A stretch of DNA of 61,708 bases, filler included. It is 6 parts of 6 records of this genome, joined end to end, with 100 filler letters (N's around TTAATTAATTAA, not from the genome) between each part and the next. Parts side by side here need not be neighbours in the genome. Positions count along the whole stretch, not along the records: positions 15,310 to 30,318 come from SRR2962707_3090; positions 30,419 to 36,480 come from SRR2962707_3096; positions 36,581 to 43,366 come from SRR2962707_3098; 3 more parts are not named here. One strand, 5' to 3'. The stretch's first letter is position 1. Every line of letters starts with the position of its first letter. Below the pieces are notes generated by a model, which was given only the letters and a program-made list of their open reading frames with translations, did no database searches and was not told the origin of the DNA. Both the position numbers and the translations under genes were made by a program. Below are positions 28,436 through 39,300 of this stretch, one piece after another.

Positions 28436-28843
28436 ATGTCCAAAATGATTTTCGTCAACCTGCCCGTGGCGGATTTGCCTGCGTCCATGGCGTTCTATGC
28501 CGCGCTCGGCTTCGAGAACAATCCGCATTTCACCGATGACACCGCCGCGTGCATGGTCTGGAGCGAGTCGATCCACGTCATGCTGCTCACCCATGACAAA
28601 TGGCGCTCATTCACCCAGAGGCCGATTCCGCCCGCCACCGCCAGTGAAGTGATGCTGGCGCTCAGCCTTGATGATCGCGAGGCGGTGGATGCCATGAACG
28701 ACACCGCCGCCGCCCATGGCGGCACCGCCGACATCAATCCGGTCCAGGATCTGGGGTTCATGTACAACCGCAACCTGGCGGACCCGGACGGCCATGTCTG
28801 GGAGGCGTTCTGGATGGACCCGTCGGCGATTCCCGGGCAATAA
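28436..28843 (+). CDS. VOC/glyoxalase family protein
   Basis: MIFVNLPVADL..SMAFY, MYNRNLADPDGHVWE; GAGG RBS. Confidence 0.9.
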   Translation: MSKMIFVNLPVADLPASMAFYAALGFENNPHFTDDTAACMVWSESIHVMLLTHDKWRSFTQRPIPPATASEVMLALSLDDREAVDAMNDTAAAHGGTADINPVQDLGFMYNRNLADPDGHVWEAFWMDPSAIPGQ

Positions 28844-28850
28844 GCCGGAT

Positions 28851-30071
28851 TCAGTCGGCCAGGCCGGCGCAGGTTTGCGGGGGCGGTCGCTGGTAACGGC
28901 GGCTGCGATGCCCCAGGTAGACACCCAGGGCCAACACCACCGAGGTGGCGGCGAAAGTGGCCCGAAAGCCGCCGCTCCACTCAATGATCAACGAGGCGGC
29001 GGCCGGGCCGATCAACTGGCCGACGGCGTAGAACAGGGTGACGAAACTCACCGCCACGGCGGCCTGATGGGGCGCCACGGTTTCGGTGGAGGCGGCCAGG
29101 ATGGACGTGAACAGGCCGGAGATGCACAGGCCCAGAATCAGGAAGTGGGCGACGAACATGGGCTGTACCGGCCACAGCACCGGCAGGGCGGTGCCCACCA
29201 GCGACAGCGTCATTGCCAGCACCAGACTGTTGGAATAGCCCAGCCGGTCCGCCAGGCCGCCCCACAGCGGACCGGTGAACACGGACATGATGCCCATCAT
29301 TGACACCAGATGGCCGGTGGTCAGCGCCGGCACTTCCGATTCCAGGGCATAACTGTACATGAACGTGGTCTGCACGATGTAGGTAAGACCCTGTACGCCG
29401 TACACCAGTCCCACCGTGATCACATGGGGATTGCGGAACACCGGCAAATCCTTGGTGCGGAGCTTGGGTCTGGCGGCGTTGGAATGGCCCAGAGGGTTGC
29501 GCAGAATCAGCACTGACATAATCAGCACCGCCAACCCGCCGGTGGCGAACAGCAGCCAGACATCGCGCCAGCCCTGCTCGGCGCTGCGTTCGGTCATGGC
29601 CGGAACGATCAGTCCGACCAGCAGCATGCCCAGCCCCACGCCACTGTTGGCGAAGCCGATCACCGCGCCGCGCCGGTGCGGGAAAGTGTTGGCCAGCAGC
29701 GAGATCAAAGGGGTGTAGCCGAAGGCCGTGCCCATCCCCAATACCAGCATCAACAGCAGGATCGGCACGAAGTCACTGGCGTGGGCGAGGCCGAAGAAGC
29801 CGCCGGTCACCAGCATGAGTCCGAGTACCACCGAAGTCTTGCCGCCGAAGCGGGCGGCGAACACACCGGCCACCATCACCAGCAGCAAATAACCGAGGGC
29901 GTTCACCGTGCTCAGGTTCGCCGCCTGGGCGTTGCTCAGCCCCAGCCCGTCGCGCATGGCCGGCAGCACCAGGCCATAGCTGAGACGGGCAAACACCAGG
30001 ATGGCGATGGTGCATAAAGCCCCGTTGATCACCATCAAGGCGAAGGGCGGGCGGCGGTGGAAAAACGGCAT
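28851..30071 (-). CDS. MFS transporter (YbfB/YjiJ-like)
   Basis: About 12 hydrophobic segments, ARLSYGLVLPAM, WGGLADRLG. Confidence 0.85.
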   Translation of the reverse strand: MPFFHRRPPFALMVINGALCTIAILVFARLSYGLVLPAMRDGLGLSNAQAANLSTVNALGYLLLVMVAGVFAARFGGKTSVVLGLMLVTGGFFGLAHASDFVPILLLMLVLGMGTAFGYTPLISLLANTFPHRRGAVIGFANSGVGLGMLLVGLIVPAMTERSAEQGWRDVWLLFATGGLAVLIMSVLILRNPLGHSNAARPKLRTKDLPVFRNPHVITVGLVYGVQGLTYIVQTTFMYSYALESEVPALTTGHLVSMMGIMSVFTGPLWGGLADRLGYSNSLVLAMTLSLVGTALPVLWPVQPMFVAHFLILGLCISGLFTSILAASTETVAPHQAAVAVSFVTLFYAVGQLIGPAAASLIIEWSGGFRATFAATSVVLALGVYLGHRSRRYQRPPPQTCAGLAD

Positions 30072-30248
30072 GGTGGCCTCGGATTGATCTGATGTTGTTG
30101 TTCGTGCTCCCGGCTCGTCACCTCCGGTCGGGGAAGACGGATCAAGGCGCTTGCCATATTGGCTGCATTTGAGTGTAGCTCAACAAGTGGTGGTGGGCAT
30201 ACTGGTTGGTTTGATGGTCTATAAAATCGGAAGTCGCCACAAGGCCGC

Positions 30249-30318
30249 TGTAGGCGCTTGCCGGCAAGCGAATTTTTGGGTCCTGGAACCCGATTCGCTT
30301 GCAGGGCAAGCTCCTACA
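30249..30318. repeat. REP doublet at the contig end
   Basis: TGTAGGCGCTTGCCGGCAAGCGAA ... TTCGCTTGCAGGGCAAGCTCCTACA with a GTAG tetranucleotide. Confidence 0.75.
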
Positions 30319-30418
30319 NNNNNNNNNNNNNNNNNNNNNNNNNNNNNNNNNNNNNNNNNNNNTTAATTAATTAANNNNNNNNNNNNNNNNNNNNNNNNNN
30401 NNNNNNNNNNNNNNNNNN
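30319..30418. other. Artificial contig spacer
   Basis: N44-TTAATTAATTAA-N44. Confidence 0.99.
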
Positions 30419-30471
30419 TGGATGGATGGATGAATGGATGGATGGATGCATGCATGCATGGATAGATGGAT
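30419..30471. repeat. (GGAT)n/(GCAT)n microsatellite
   Basis: Tandem tetranucleotide repeats at the contig start. Confidence 0.85.
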
Positions 30472-30613
30472 CGCTGTCGGTTGATTGGTCGGTCGGTCGG
30501 TTGGCGACGAACGGGTGGTTGAACCGCGATTCGTCGCGTTGGTGGTGCATTAATTGTCTTGCTTGCTTGTGCGTGCGTGGTGCGTCCGGCTTTCACATGT
30601 CAACCCTGGACAG

Positions 30614-32121
30614 ACGATGCCACTCCCAGGCAACTGCTCTGACCCAGCCTCTTGCGCGAGCAACTACTACGGCGTTCCAAACTGCGCAGCGCCCTTGGAG
30701 CCGCAACTTCCGGAACAATTCCGGACGTGGAATATTGGAAACCCGAGCGTTCATGGGGATTGGACCAAGTGCGTCGAGACAACTGTTGCTGCGCACGTAC
30801 ATCGGCTGCCAAACTGCACCCATGACGCGACTTCCATGTTGTTGATCTGAGCATCATGCTAATCTGCAAAATATTGAGGTTTTCTTCAATTGCTCCGTAA
30901 TTGTCGGCCAGGTACCATCCTTGGCGTTCCCCAGGTCGCGCACCGCTATCCGACCCATGCGGCATTGCTGGTGGCTACCGCGTGGAAACTGGGGGCGGTG
31001 GTGAGACCCCGATTGGCGCCCCGTATCAGGGATTCCCAGGGTCCCAGTTGCCCAAACATGAGAATGTGACGACGCAATGGCCCGCTGGAGGTGTTGCAGA
31101 GGTCGGTTGGATGCTGGCAGCCAATCACGGCGGTGGTTACCAGTACTCCCTTTGCCCAGCTGGCGAACCATTGACGGAAGCGTGCTTGAACGCTCACCCT
31201 CTTGCATATTCGGGAAACACAACCACAGTTCGCTACATTGCAGGTAGTTGGCTCTTAACGTGGCTGCCGCCTCAGTTTCGCTCCAAGCGAAGCCACCACC
31301 TCGTGAACCAGTCAGATGGTTTTGTGATGATTTTTTTTCTGGCATCACGCAGGCCCGCAGCGGGGAACTCAACTCATTGTACCTGCAACTGACGTGTCAG
31401 AAGGCGTGTGGCCGGATGGCGCTGCGTGGCGGCGGAATCCAGTTCCTGCATGTAACTGTGATGCTGGATTTGGGTGCAGCATCGACGGATCAGCCGCTGC
31501 GGGCAAGGCTTCGTATGTACCGATGCTGCTCTGGCTGTGCTCGTATTGAAGCGTAGGGCCGGTGTTTTGGGTGCAGTTGTTTTCACCACCTTCGCTCACC
31601 GTCAAATATGCCTGGTCTGGTCTGCTTGTGTTCTTGCGTTGGCACACCAGCTACGCCGCTGGGAAGCAGCCGGTCCCGGAGGGATACAATTGCCCAACTG
31701 GAACACAATTTGAAGTGCCATTCCCTTATGGGTACGGGCAACAACTTTGGGACAACGGGGTCAACATGCCAGACCCAAAGGTACGGAAGTGCGGCAGGAA
31801 CCATTGTCCGCGCAACTTGCTCTTTGTGTGCACAGGCTCGGGTGAATTTTTGCAACCGGTTCGGTGCGATGACAGGCAATGAACACCTGGGTACTGGTGG
31901 ACCACGTGCAAGTTCCAACGGTTCCCGGCGACTACGTCTTGCGATGGCGTTGGGATACGGTGTGGAACGACACTTTTCGCAGCGCACTCCGCGTATTCCA
32001 GACGGTTTTTTGTGTTTTTTATTTTGACTGACGGTGCCTGTCTGATTGGATGTGAATTCCTGATCTGTAGGAGCAAAATCCGCAGGTATGGACGCACTGT
32101 GCGGACGTGACAATTGTGTGA
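30614..32121 (+). CDS. Spliced, 5'-truncated lytic polysaccharide monooxygenase-like protein. Exons approx. 30614-30768, 30912-31243, 31353-31512, 31651-31780, 31876-31959, 32071-32121
   Basis: Five GT-AG introns whose phases join in frame: GDWTK|YHPWRSPGRAPLSDPCG, WPAGGVAEVGW..AANHGGGYQYSLCP..LTEAC, WRRNPVPAC, VDHVQVP..PGDYVLRWRWDT|EQNPQVWTHCADVTIV*; first exon boundary is the least certain. Confidence 0.8.
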
Positions 32122-32381
32122 CGAGACCGAAACCCAATACTTGCCGTGAAAACCAGGCAACGCCCAGCAAATTCTGAACAAGGGTTCGCTTGGAAACCCG
32201 CGGCATCCGTGATTTTTTTCGATAAAGACAACGTTGGTCACAGAAAATAATAGTTTATTAGTGAGCTGCACCCGTCCAAAAGTCATTCCCCAATGTGAGT
32301 GTACGCCACACCAAGGTCCCGGGCAGCCTTGCGACTGGTTTCGGTGATGTTAATTCCAAGCGGGTTATACCTATTGGCCTA

Positions 32382-34025
32382 TCATTTGGGCACCATATAT
32401 TCCTTATTAACGGCCAGCGACGCAATGCAACAAAGTGGTGTGCACGGCGCAAGGTGAAGAATCCGCACACCTTTTTGCGTTTCTGCAACACCAAGCCTTG
32501 TTCTAGGCGGACAACGGCCCGCACTGCTCCAAGTAGCTGTTGGGCCTTGCGACCACCGCTTTCACGGCTTGCAGCTCGCACTGCCTCCATTGCAGCCGCT
32601 GTGTGTGCCTCATGTTCACTCGGAGCATTGGGCGTAGCCCTGGATTGTGAGACTTCGAAGTGATCTGGGTGAGGAAACCATTTTGTCGGAACAACCTCAC
32701 AGTTTCCCGGTGCAATCCCCACGACGTTTCGAATGACGCCCCAGTGGCAAACAACAGCCACATGGCGGCCAGCAGTTCCGTTTTTTTGGAGCTCGGCGAG
32801 TTGCTTCACAAATCTGCGTTGCAAGTCAAGTGTGGCCATGAAAATACACTTGCAACGTTTTTTTGAAGCCCAACCCGCAGCCGAGTGACAATGACGGCCA
32901 ACACTACGTACGCTCGCAAAGATAGTACTGCCCGTAGCTGAAGTGCTTCTTGGACCCCATCCGTGTCCTGAGGATTCCATGCTTTCTCTGTGAGCAGAGC
33001 GTATCAGATCAATCACATACTTCCTCACAAACTCAACAATGGAAAGGCAAACGTTTACTGGCTGAGTGATGCGCACCCAATTCCAGAAGTTTGCTGCTCT
33101 GCACTAGTTCACGCTCGTCATCAGGGTGAAAATGTTCCGACGGGGAATCCATGACCTTGCGAATTCAATTGATCCCTTAAGTATGCGCTCAAGAGCCAGC
33201 TGATTTCGACAGTCAAGCTCAGTGTTCAAAAATAAAACGCAACTGACCTCGGGGTTGACAATTCTGGCACGGAATTCGGGAGCTATTTTGTCTGGATTGT
33301 CAATAAACTCGCGCCATTTTGACCCTGCAAACCAGAGGCACACGCAGCGTACGCACTGTGACAACGCACTTTTGTGATGTGTTCGGCTTTGCCCGGTCAC
33401 TCAACATGTAGTAATTTGCCGATGCAGCAACCCACCGACGTGTCCGCGGCACGATTCCATATGCCAGTAAATTTCTCTAACATGCCAAGCAAACGCGCGG
33501 GCTTTAGCCGACCCATGTTTTCACACAAATAATCAGGTCAAACACAGCATTGTTGCAAACCTCGCTTCGGGCACGATGATGATGCGATCTGGAAGCCGAT
33601 CACGAAAAACCCCATTCGCAGTCTGAAGGGCACGTCGCAGAGGCGACACTAGGAGGGTGTCGATTTTTTCATGCAAAACTCCCTGCCAAAGCGCAATCGG
33701 ACAAGTTACCGATCAGCAGGTGGACTTAAACCCATAAAGCTGATCTGAGCTGAGTACAAAAACACATACGCCTAGACTCGACGTAGCATTAACTTCAGCT
33801 GCTTGTTGAAGACCAAGCGCTGTAAGCTCTGCATCGTAGTGTTCGGGCCGCTCAATCTGGAATTGAAATACGTCCGAGCGTGTACATTTATTTGCAGCGG
33901 GTTGCCACAGTGCAACAGTGAACAACGCGCAGGAGGGAAGCACGACTCGCCAACCCCGTTAATCAAGAACGCACATCGCTGGCATTCGCTTCGGATTGTC
34001 CGTGCCGAATGAATATCACGTCCAT
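32382..34025 (-). CDS. Spliced histidine phosphatase (phosphoglycerate mutase family) domain
   Basis: Exons encode VIFIRHGQSEAN, DAELTALGLQQA, LVSPLRRALQT, VAVVCHWGVI; boundaries approximate; may be the C-terminus of the upstream gene. Confidence 0.75.
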
Positions 34026-34265
34026 CGCGGCTGGGGATTTTGCTGCTTCCTTCAAAGCCTGATAGGTACGTGTCCGGGCAAAGCAGATTATTTCGCACAT
34101 TTGCCACACGCTTACAATTTCTGGTGGACATGGCCAAAAGAACTTGCCATGACTGCAGCCCGAGCTTTCTGTCTCTCCTTCTCTTTCAAGCTCAAAACAG
34201 GTTGAAGCGTTTTTTTCTTCTCCTTCTGCACACATACAATCAATATTCGGGTGCATCAATCCATT

Positions 34266-36262
34266 TCAAATGAATTTAGCGCCTGCAACCAATGCACATG
34301 TACAACCAGAACGACGAAGAACCTGCTGCAGTACAACCGCCTCTCGAATTCCAGCTGGTTCAAATAGGTCATCCCATATTACAGCCAGATGATCTGACAG
34401 CAGCTGCGTAAACGGAGTAACTCCAGCAGGAAGGGGAGCGATGCGGTATGAGCGGGTGGTCATGGCAGTAGCCTGAAAACAATAACGGTGAATGGAAACG
34501 TCACACAGAATTGTGGAGGCAGCCAACCGCTGCAAATCGATCATTGTTGTGCGAAGGCCCAATGAACCTGTGTAGCCGGCGTTGAAGTGGAATCAAAAAT
34601 ATAGTCCCCAATCAGGGAAAAACTGCAATCCTCCGCACAGGTCTAGTCAACCCACACACATAAGCCATGGCCAATGACAAAACGGCAACCATCAAGGTGA
34701 AGAAGCGAACGAAGCTGTGCACGGAACGTGGTTGAGCGCATGCCCTTGGACGTCAACCGCATCGACGCACCTGGAGCTCGCCATGAGGCCACGGCTTTCC
34801 AGACCGACGCCCAATCCCAGCGTGGCGCATTTCGCGGCCGAGAAGGCGAAAGGTTTGGACGTTGAGCTCGGCGCTGAAGTCGTTTGAATCCATGGCTACA
34901 ACCACCCTGTGAACGGGCCACCCAGCGCCGCAAGCGTCGAGGGGCTGCATTGGGTCTGTTGAAGCTGCAGGCCATTGTAATGCCGAACGCAGATCCTCAT
35001 CAAGCGACTCCAACATTTGAACTTTGTGCCGATCATGGTTTAGCCACACGCTAATAAAAACGAGTTGCAACTTGCGAACGTATCTTGCAAAGCAACAATA
35101 GAAACCCACTGTTCTCATTTCCAATCGCCAAGGTGCAAGAGGCAAATTTGTTCATTGCACCAATTTGTAAATTCTGAAACCAAGTGAACGTTGGATATGA
35201 AACTTACATTGCACAAGCCGAGCGAACACCCTTGCAACCTCGCAGTCGTGGAAGATGGTCTACTGGACCTACGCGTTCACGATTGTAGAGGACGGCAGCT
35301 GTATGCATTTGATGCCAGCCATAGTTTGGCCCCATGAACTTTGCGAAGCGCGGAGCATTTCCTTGACCCCTTGGGTGCATTTCCTGCGCGGACCCACATC
35401 CAACGTGACAGGCATGACAGGGACAAGTTTAAGCATCAAACATCCCCACCACAAAGGCGGAAAAAAACAAAAAAAAACATTCACTGTGAAAACCCAACCT
35501 GAACTCCCAGCAAATCCACACCAAGGCTCGCCATAAATTCGGCCGCTCCTTTCCCCCACTTTGGTGCTCCAGCCTGCATGGGACATGCAACAGAGCAAAC
35601 CCACTATTATTGGTCAACGTACAAGGCAACCACGCTCCTTCAAACACCAAGGACATGAAATGCACGAAACAAAATACCGTCCCGCAGAGCAAAGACCCAC
35701 GTACATCGACCATTCGTTGAACGGTTCCTGCCTCTGAGCCGGCGACACGCAACGACTGGCAGCGAGTGCCGATGTTGAAGGTCGCAAGCCGGAGCATTCG
35801 GCTATCCATGCATTGCAGCGCTAGTCGATTAACTGTGCTTTTGCCTCCATCCGGACCGTCCCACAGAACCTCCACCAGGTCTTCATTCCCACTCACTGCG
35901 ACCAGCGTAATTGTGCCGACAGCTCCCTTCTCAACACCATTAACTGTGGCAGCAATGGCGGCAACTCGCAGCCCAGGACGCACAGGCCGGCCGTCCGCAA
36001 GCTCGATTGGCACACCATCTCTCGCCCGAGGCACAGCCTGAAGCCGCTTAATACTAGCTTGCGTTTCTTTGCCACTGTGGTTCCACCTGACAAAGGGGCC
36101 GGCAGCGTTGATGCGTGTGATGCAGCCGATATCACCAACGATGTAGTTGCCTCTCGAACTGCATTGAGTGGCGAACACGCGACTACCGAGTGCACACGGC
36201 TGTCCATCCGCGAGACGTATCGCCGGTGCCGGTCGCTTTGGATCGGGATTTTGAGTGTCCAT
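34266..36262 (-). CDS. Spliced protein with two SH3-like repeats plus an endonuclease/exonuclease/phosphatase (EEP) domain
   Basis: Repeats LADGQP..GSRV..GDIG.I..VRW and LADGRP..GLRV..GAVG.I..VLW, then LRLATFNI, VDLLGVQ|E, VVVAMDSND, GDYIFDS, LSDHLAV; 3' end uncertain. Confidence 0.7.
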
Positions 36263-36450
36263 TGTGCAAGCAAGTAAGTACTGTAAGTACGTAGTCAGTC
36301 CAGCGAAAAAGCGGAAGAACTGAAAAAGTCAGGGAAACAAAGGCAAGTCCTAATTAATGGAGACAGAAAAAGCAAGTCGAGGAACGAACAATTCAACTGT
36401 GTGCGTTCGTGTTTGTGTTGATAGTATAGTTCAAACAACGTATGTTTGCA

Positions 36451-36480
36451 GTTGTCGTTGTTGTCGTTGTTGTCGTTGTT
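36451..36480. repeat. (GTT/GTC)n microsatellite
   Basis: GTTGTCGTTGTTGTC... running to the contig end. Confidence 0.8.
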
Positions 36481-36580
36481 NNNNNNNNNNNNNNNNNNNN
36501 NNNNNNNNNNNNNNNNNNNNNNNNTTAATTAATTAANNNNNNNNNNNNNNNNNNNNNNNNNNNNNNNNNNNNNNNNNNNN
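36481..36580. other. Artificial contig spacer
   Basis: N44-TTAATTAATTAA-N44. Confidence 0.99.
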
Positions 36581-36664
36581 CGGTAACATTGCCGTTTTTT
36601 CACCCAATTCCTGAAACCGGTTCATTCAACCCCCATTCAGCACCCTGTAAGGCAGGCATACGTC

Positions 36665-37963
36665 ATGCTAGAACGACTATTCAAGCTCCAGGCTAATGGC
36701 ACCACAGTTCGCAAAGAGGTACTTGCGGGCTTTACCACCTTCCTGACCATGGCTTACATCATCGTGGTCAATCCCAGCATTCTCTCCGCTACCGGCATGG
36801 ACTTCGGCGCGGTATTCGTAGCGACCTGCCTGGCGGCCACCATTGGCACCCTGATCATGGGGCTTTGGGCCAACTACCCGATCGCGCTGGCGCCGGGCAT
36901 GGGCCTGAACGCGTTCTTCTCGTTCACCGTTGTTGGCGGCATGGGCTATAGCTGGCAGGTGGCCTTGGGTGCTGTCTTCATTTCCGGCTTTATTTTCTTC
37001 CTGCTGAGTATCTTCAAAGTCCGGGAATGGATCATCAACAGCATTCCCATGTCCCTGCGTTTCGGCATCTCCGCCGGCATTGGCTTCTTTCTGGCCCTGA
37101 TCGCGCTGAAAAATGCCGGCATCGTGATTGATAACCCCGCCACCCTGGTTGGTCTGGGTGACGTAAAAGTGGCCGAGAGCCTGTTGTTCTTCGGCGGTTT
37201 CGTGCTGATCTGTGCTCTGTCCTTCCGCAAGATCACCGGTGCGGTGATGATCGGGATCATTGCCGTGACAGCAGCAGCCATGGGGCTGGGCATGGTGGAG
37301 TACGATGGTTTTGCATCCGCGCCCCCAAGTCTGGCGCCGACCTTCATGCAGCTGGACCTCGCAGGCGCGCTGAACATTGGCATGATCAGCGTGATTTTCG
37401 CCTTTCTGTTTGTAGACCTGTTTGACACCTCCGGCACCCTCATCGGCGCCGCCCAGCGCGGTGGCCTGCTGGACAAGGACGGCAAACTGCCACGGCTGGG
37501 CCGCGCGCTGATGTCCGATTCCGTAGCCACCATGTCCGGCGCTGCCCTCGGCACCTCCACCACCACCAGCTACATCGAATCCACCGCCGGCATCTCCGCC
37601 GGTGGCCGCACCGGCCTGACCGCTGTGGTCGTCGCGGCGCTGTTCATGGCGTGCCTGCTGCTCTCGCCCATTGCCAGTATTATTCCGGCTTACGCCACCG
37701 CTCCGGCGCTTCTTTATGTCGCGGTGCTGATGGCCAGCGGCCTGAAGCTGATCGAATGGGACGACGTCACCGAAGCCGCACCGGCAGTGGTAACCGCCCT
37801 GATGATGCCGCTGACCTTCTCGATCGCCAACGGCATTGCCCTGGGCTTCGTTACCTATGCCATCCTCAAGGCCTTGAGCGGCCGCTGGTCGGACCTGAAC
37901 CCCAGCGTGGTCATCATCGCCTTGGTCTTTATCCTGAAATTCATTTTCCTGGACGCAGCCTAA
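36665..37963 (+). CDS. NCS2/AzgA-type purine permease
   Basis: TTFLTMAYII, APGMGLNAFF, FDTSGT, YIESTAGISAGGRTGLTA. Confidence 0.95.
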   Translation: MLERLFKLQANGTTVRKEVLAGFTTFLTMAYIIVVNPSILSATGMDFGAVFVATCLAATIGTLIMGLWANYPIALAPGMGLNAFFSFTVVGGMGYSWQVALGAVFISGFIFFLLSIFKVREWIINSIPMSLRFGISAGIGFFLALIALKNAGIVIDNPATLVGLGDVKVAESLLFFGGFVLICALSFRKITGAVMIGIIAVTAAAMGLGMVEYDGFASAPPSLAPTFMQLDLAGALNIGMISVIFAFLFVDLFDTSGTLIGAAQRGGLLDKDGKLPRLGRALMSDSVATMSGAALGTSTTTSYIESTAGISAGGRTGLTAVVVAALFMACLLLSPIASIIPAYATAPALLYVAVLMASGLKLIEWDDVTEAAPAVVTALMMPLTFSIANGIALGFVTYAILKALSGRWSDLNPSVVIIALVFILKFIFLDAA

Positions 37964-37990
37964 GCTGCGCTTTCAGCGCTTGGACACGCT

Positions 37991-38533
37991 ATGGACTATT
38001 TTTCAGAAAGCATCAAGAAAGCCATTCGCACCGTGCCAGACTGGCCCAAGCCAGGCGTCGCCTTCCGCGACATCACCACCGTGCTCCAGGACCGCACCGC
38101 GTTCCGCAAGCTGATTGATGCCTTCGTTCACCGCTACCACGGCCACGATATTGATGCCGTTGCCGCCGTAGATGCCCGTGGTTTTATCATCGGCTCAGCC
38201 CTGGCCTATGAGCTGAACGCCTCGTTGGTACTGATCCGCAAGAAAGGCAAGCTGCCGTTCGATACCCTGGTGGAAGACTACGAACTGGAGTACGGCACCG
38301 CCTCGGTGGAACTGCACAAGGACGCCTTCAAGCCCGGCGACAACGTGGTGCTGGTGGACGACCTGATCGCCACCGGCGGCACCATGCTGGCCGCCTCACG
38401 GCTCATTCGCAGAATTGGCGCCGAGATCGTCGAAGTGGCTGCCATGATTGACCTCCCCGACCTGGGGGGCTCACGCAAGCTGCAGGAAGAGGAGTTGAAG
38501 GTTTATACTGTTTGCTCTTTTGAGGGTGATTAG
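37991..38533 (+). CDS. apt: Adenine phosphoribosyltransferase
   Basis: [36 protein letters not shown]. Confidence 0.97.
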   Translation: MDYFSESIKKAIRTVPDWPKPGVAFRDITTVLQDRTAFRKLIDAFVHRYHGHDIDAVAAVDARGFIIGSALAYELNASLVLIRKKGKLPFDTLVEDYELEYGTASVELHKDAFKPGDNVVLVDDLIATGGTMLAASRLIRRIGAEIVEVAAMIDLPDLGGSRKLQEEELKVYTVCSFEGD

Positions 38534-38575
38534 GGAGCGTCTCGCTCCCTTCCATAACGCACGACGGGAGCGGCC

Positions 38576-39238
38576 ATGCCTGACTATCAGCACCACTGGA
38601 AAGACGGAACACCGGTTAACCTGCCCTTGGGCAAAATTGTCTGCATCGGTCGTAACTATGCGGAACATGCCCGGGAGCTGAACAACCCGGTTCCGGATGA
38701 GCCCCTGCTGTTTATCAAACCGGCAACCTCCGCGGTGCACATCACCCGCCCCCTGGACTTCCCACGCAACCAGGGCGCGGTTCATTTTGAAACCGAGCTG
38801 GCCGTGCTGATCGGCCGCCCACTGACCAATGCGTCGGCCAGCGACGCCGAAGCCGCTATCCTTGGCTACGGCCTGGCGCTGGACCTGACGCTGCGAGACG
38901 TGCAATCCCGGCTCAAGGAGAAAGGCCAGCCCTGGGAACGCGCCAAGGCCTTTGATGGTGCCTGCCCACTGTCGCCCTTCGTGTGTATCGACCGTCTCCG
39001 CCGAGACCATCTCACCTTTACCCTCGACATCAACCGCGAACGCCAGCAAACCGGTGATACCCGGGATATGCTGAACCCGATCGTGCCATTGATCGCCCAC
39101 ATGAGCACCCAATTCACCCTGATGCCCGGCGATGTGGTTCTTACCGGTACACCAAAAGGCGTTGGCCCCCTGGAATCCGGCCAGATATTGTCTCTGGAAC
39201 TGGAAGACGCCTTGTTTGTGGAGACCACCGTGCTCTAG
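38576..39238 (+). CDS. Fumarylacetoacetate hydrolase family protein (YcgM-like)
   Basis: KIVCIGRNYAEH, HFETEL, DLTLRD, GDVVLTGTPKGVG. Confidence 0.93.
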   Translation: MPDYQHHWKDGTPVNLPLGKIVCIGRNYAEHARELNNPVPDEPLLFIKPATSAVHITRPLDFPRNQGAVHFETELAVLIGRPLTNASASDAEAAILGYGLALDLTLRDVQSRLKEKGQPWERAKAFDGACPLSPFVCIDRLRRDHLTFTLDINRERQQTGDTRDMLNPIVPLIAHMSTQFTLMPGDVVLTGTPKGVGPLESGQILSLELEDALFVETTVL

Positions 39239-39300
39239 GCTGGGCATGGGACATTGCGATCCTCCTCAGGTCCATCGGCTCTTCAGGACGTATAACAGGC

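Noticed and set aside
30151-30318. 71-aa ORF and TGGT-rich possible GntR site at the contig end
   Set aside because: The ORF runs through a REP into the Ns, and no convincing palindrome is present
30426-35604. Many short ORFs in the eukaryotic contig
   Set aside because: Explained as exon fragments, intron read-through or antisense frames of the spliced genes
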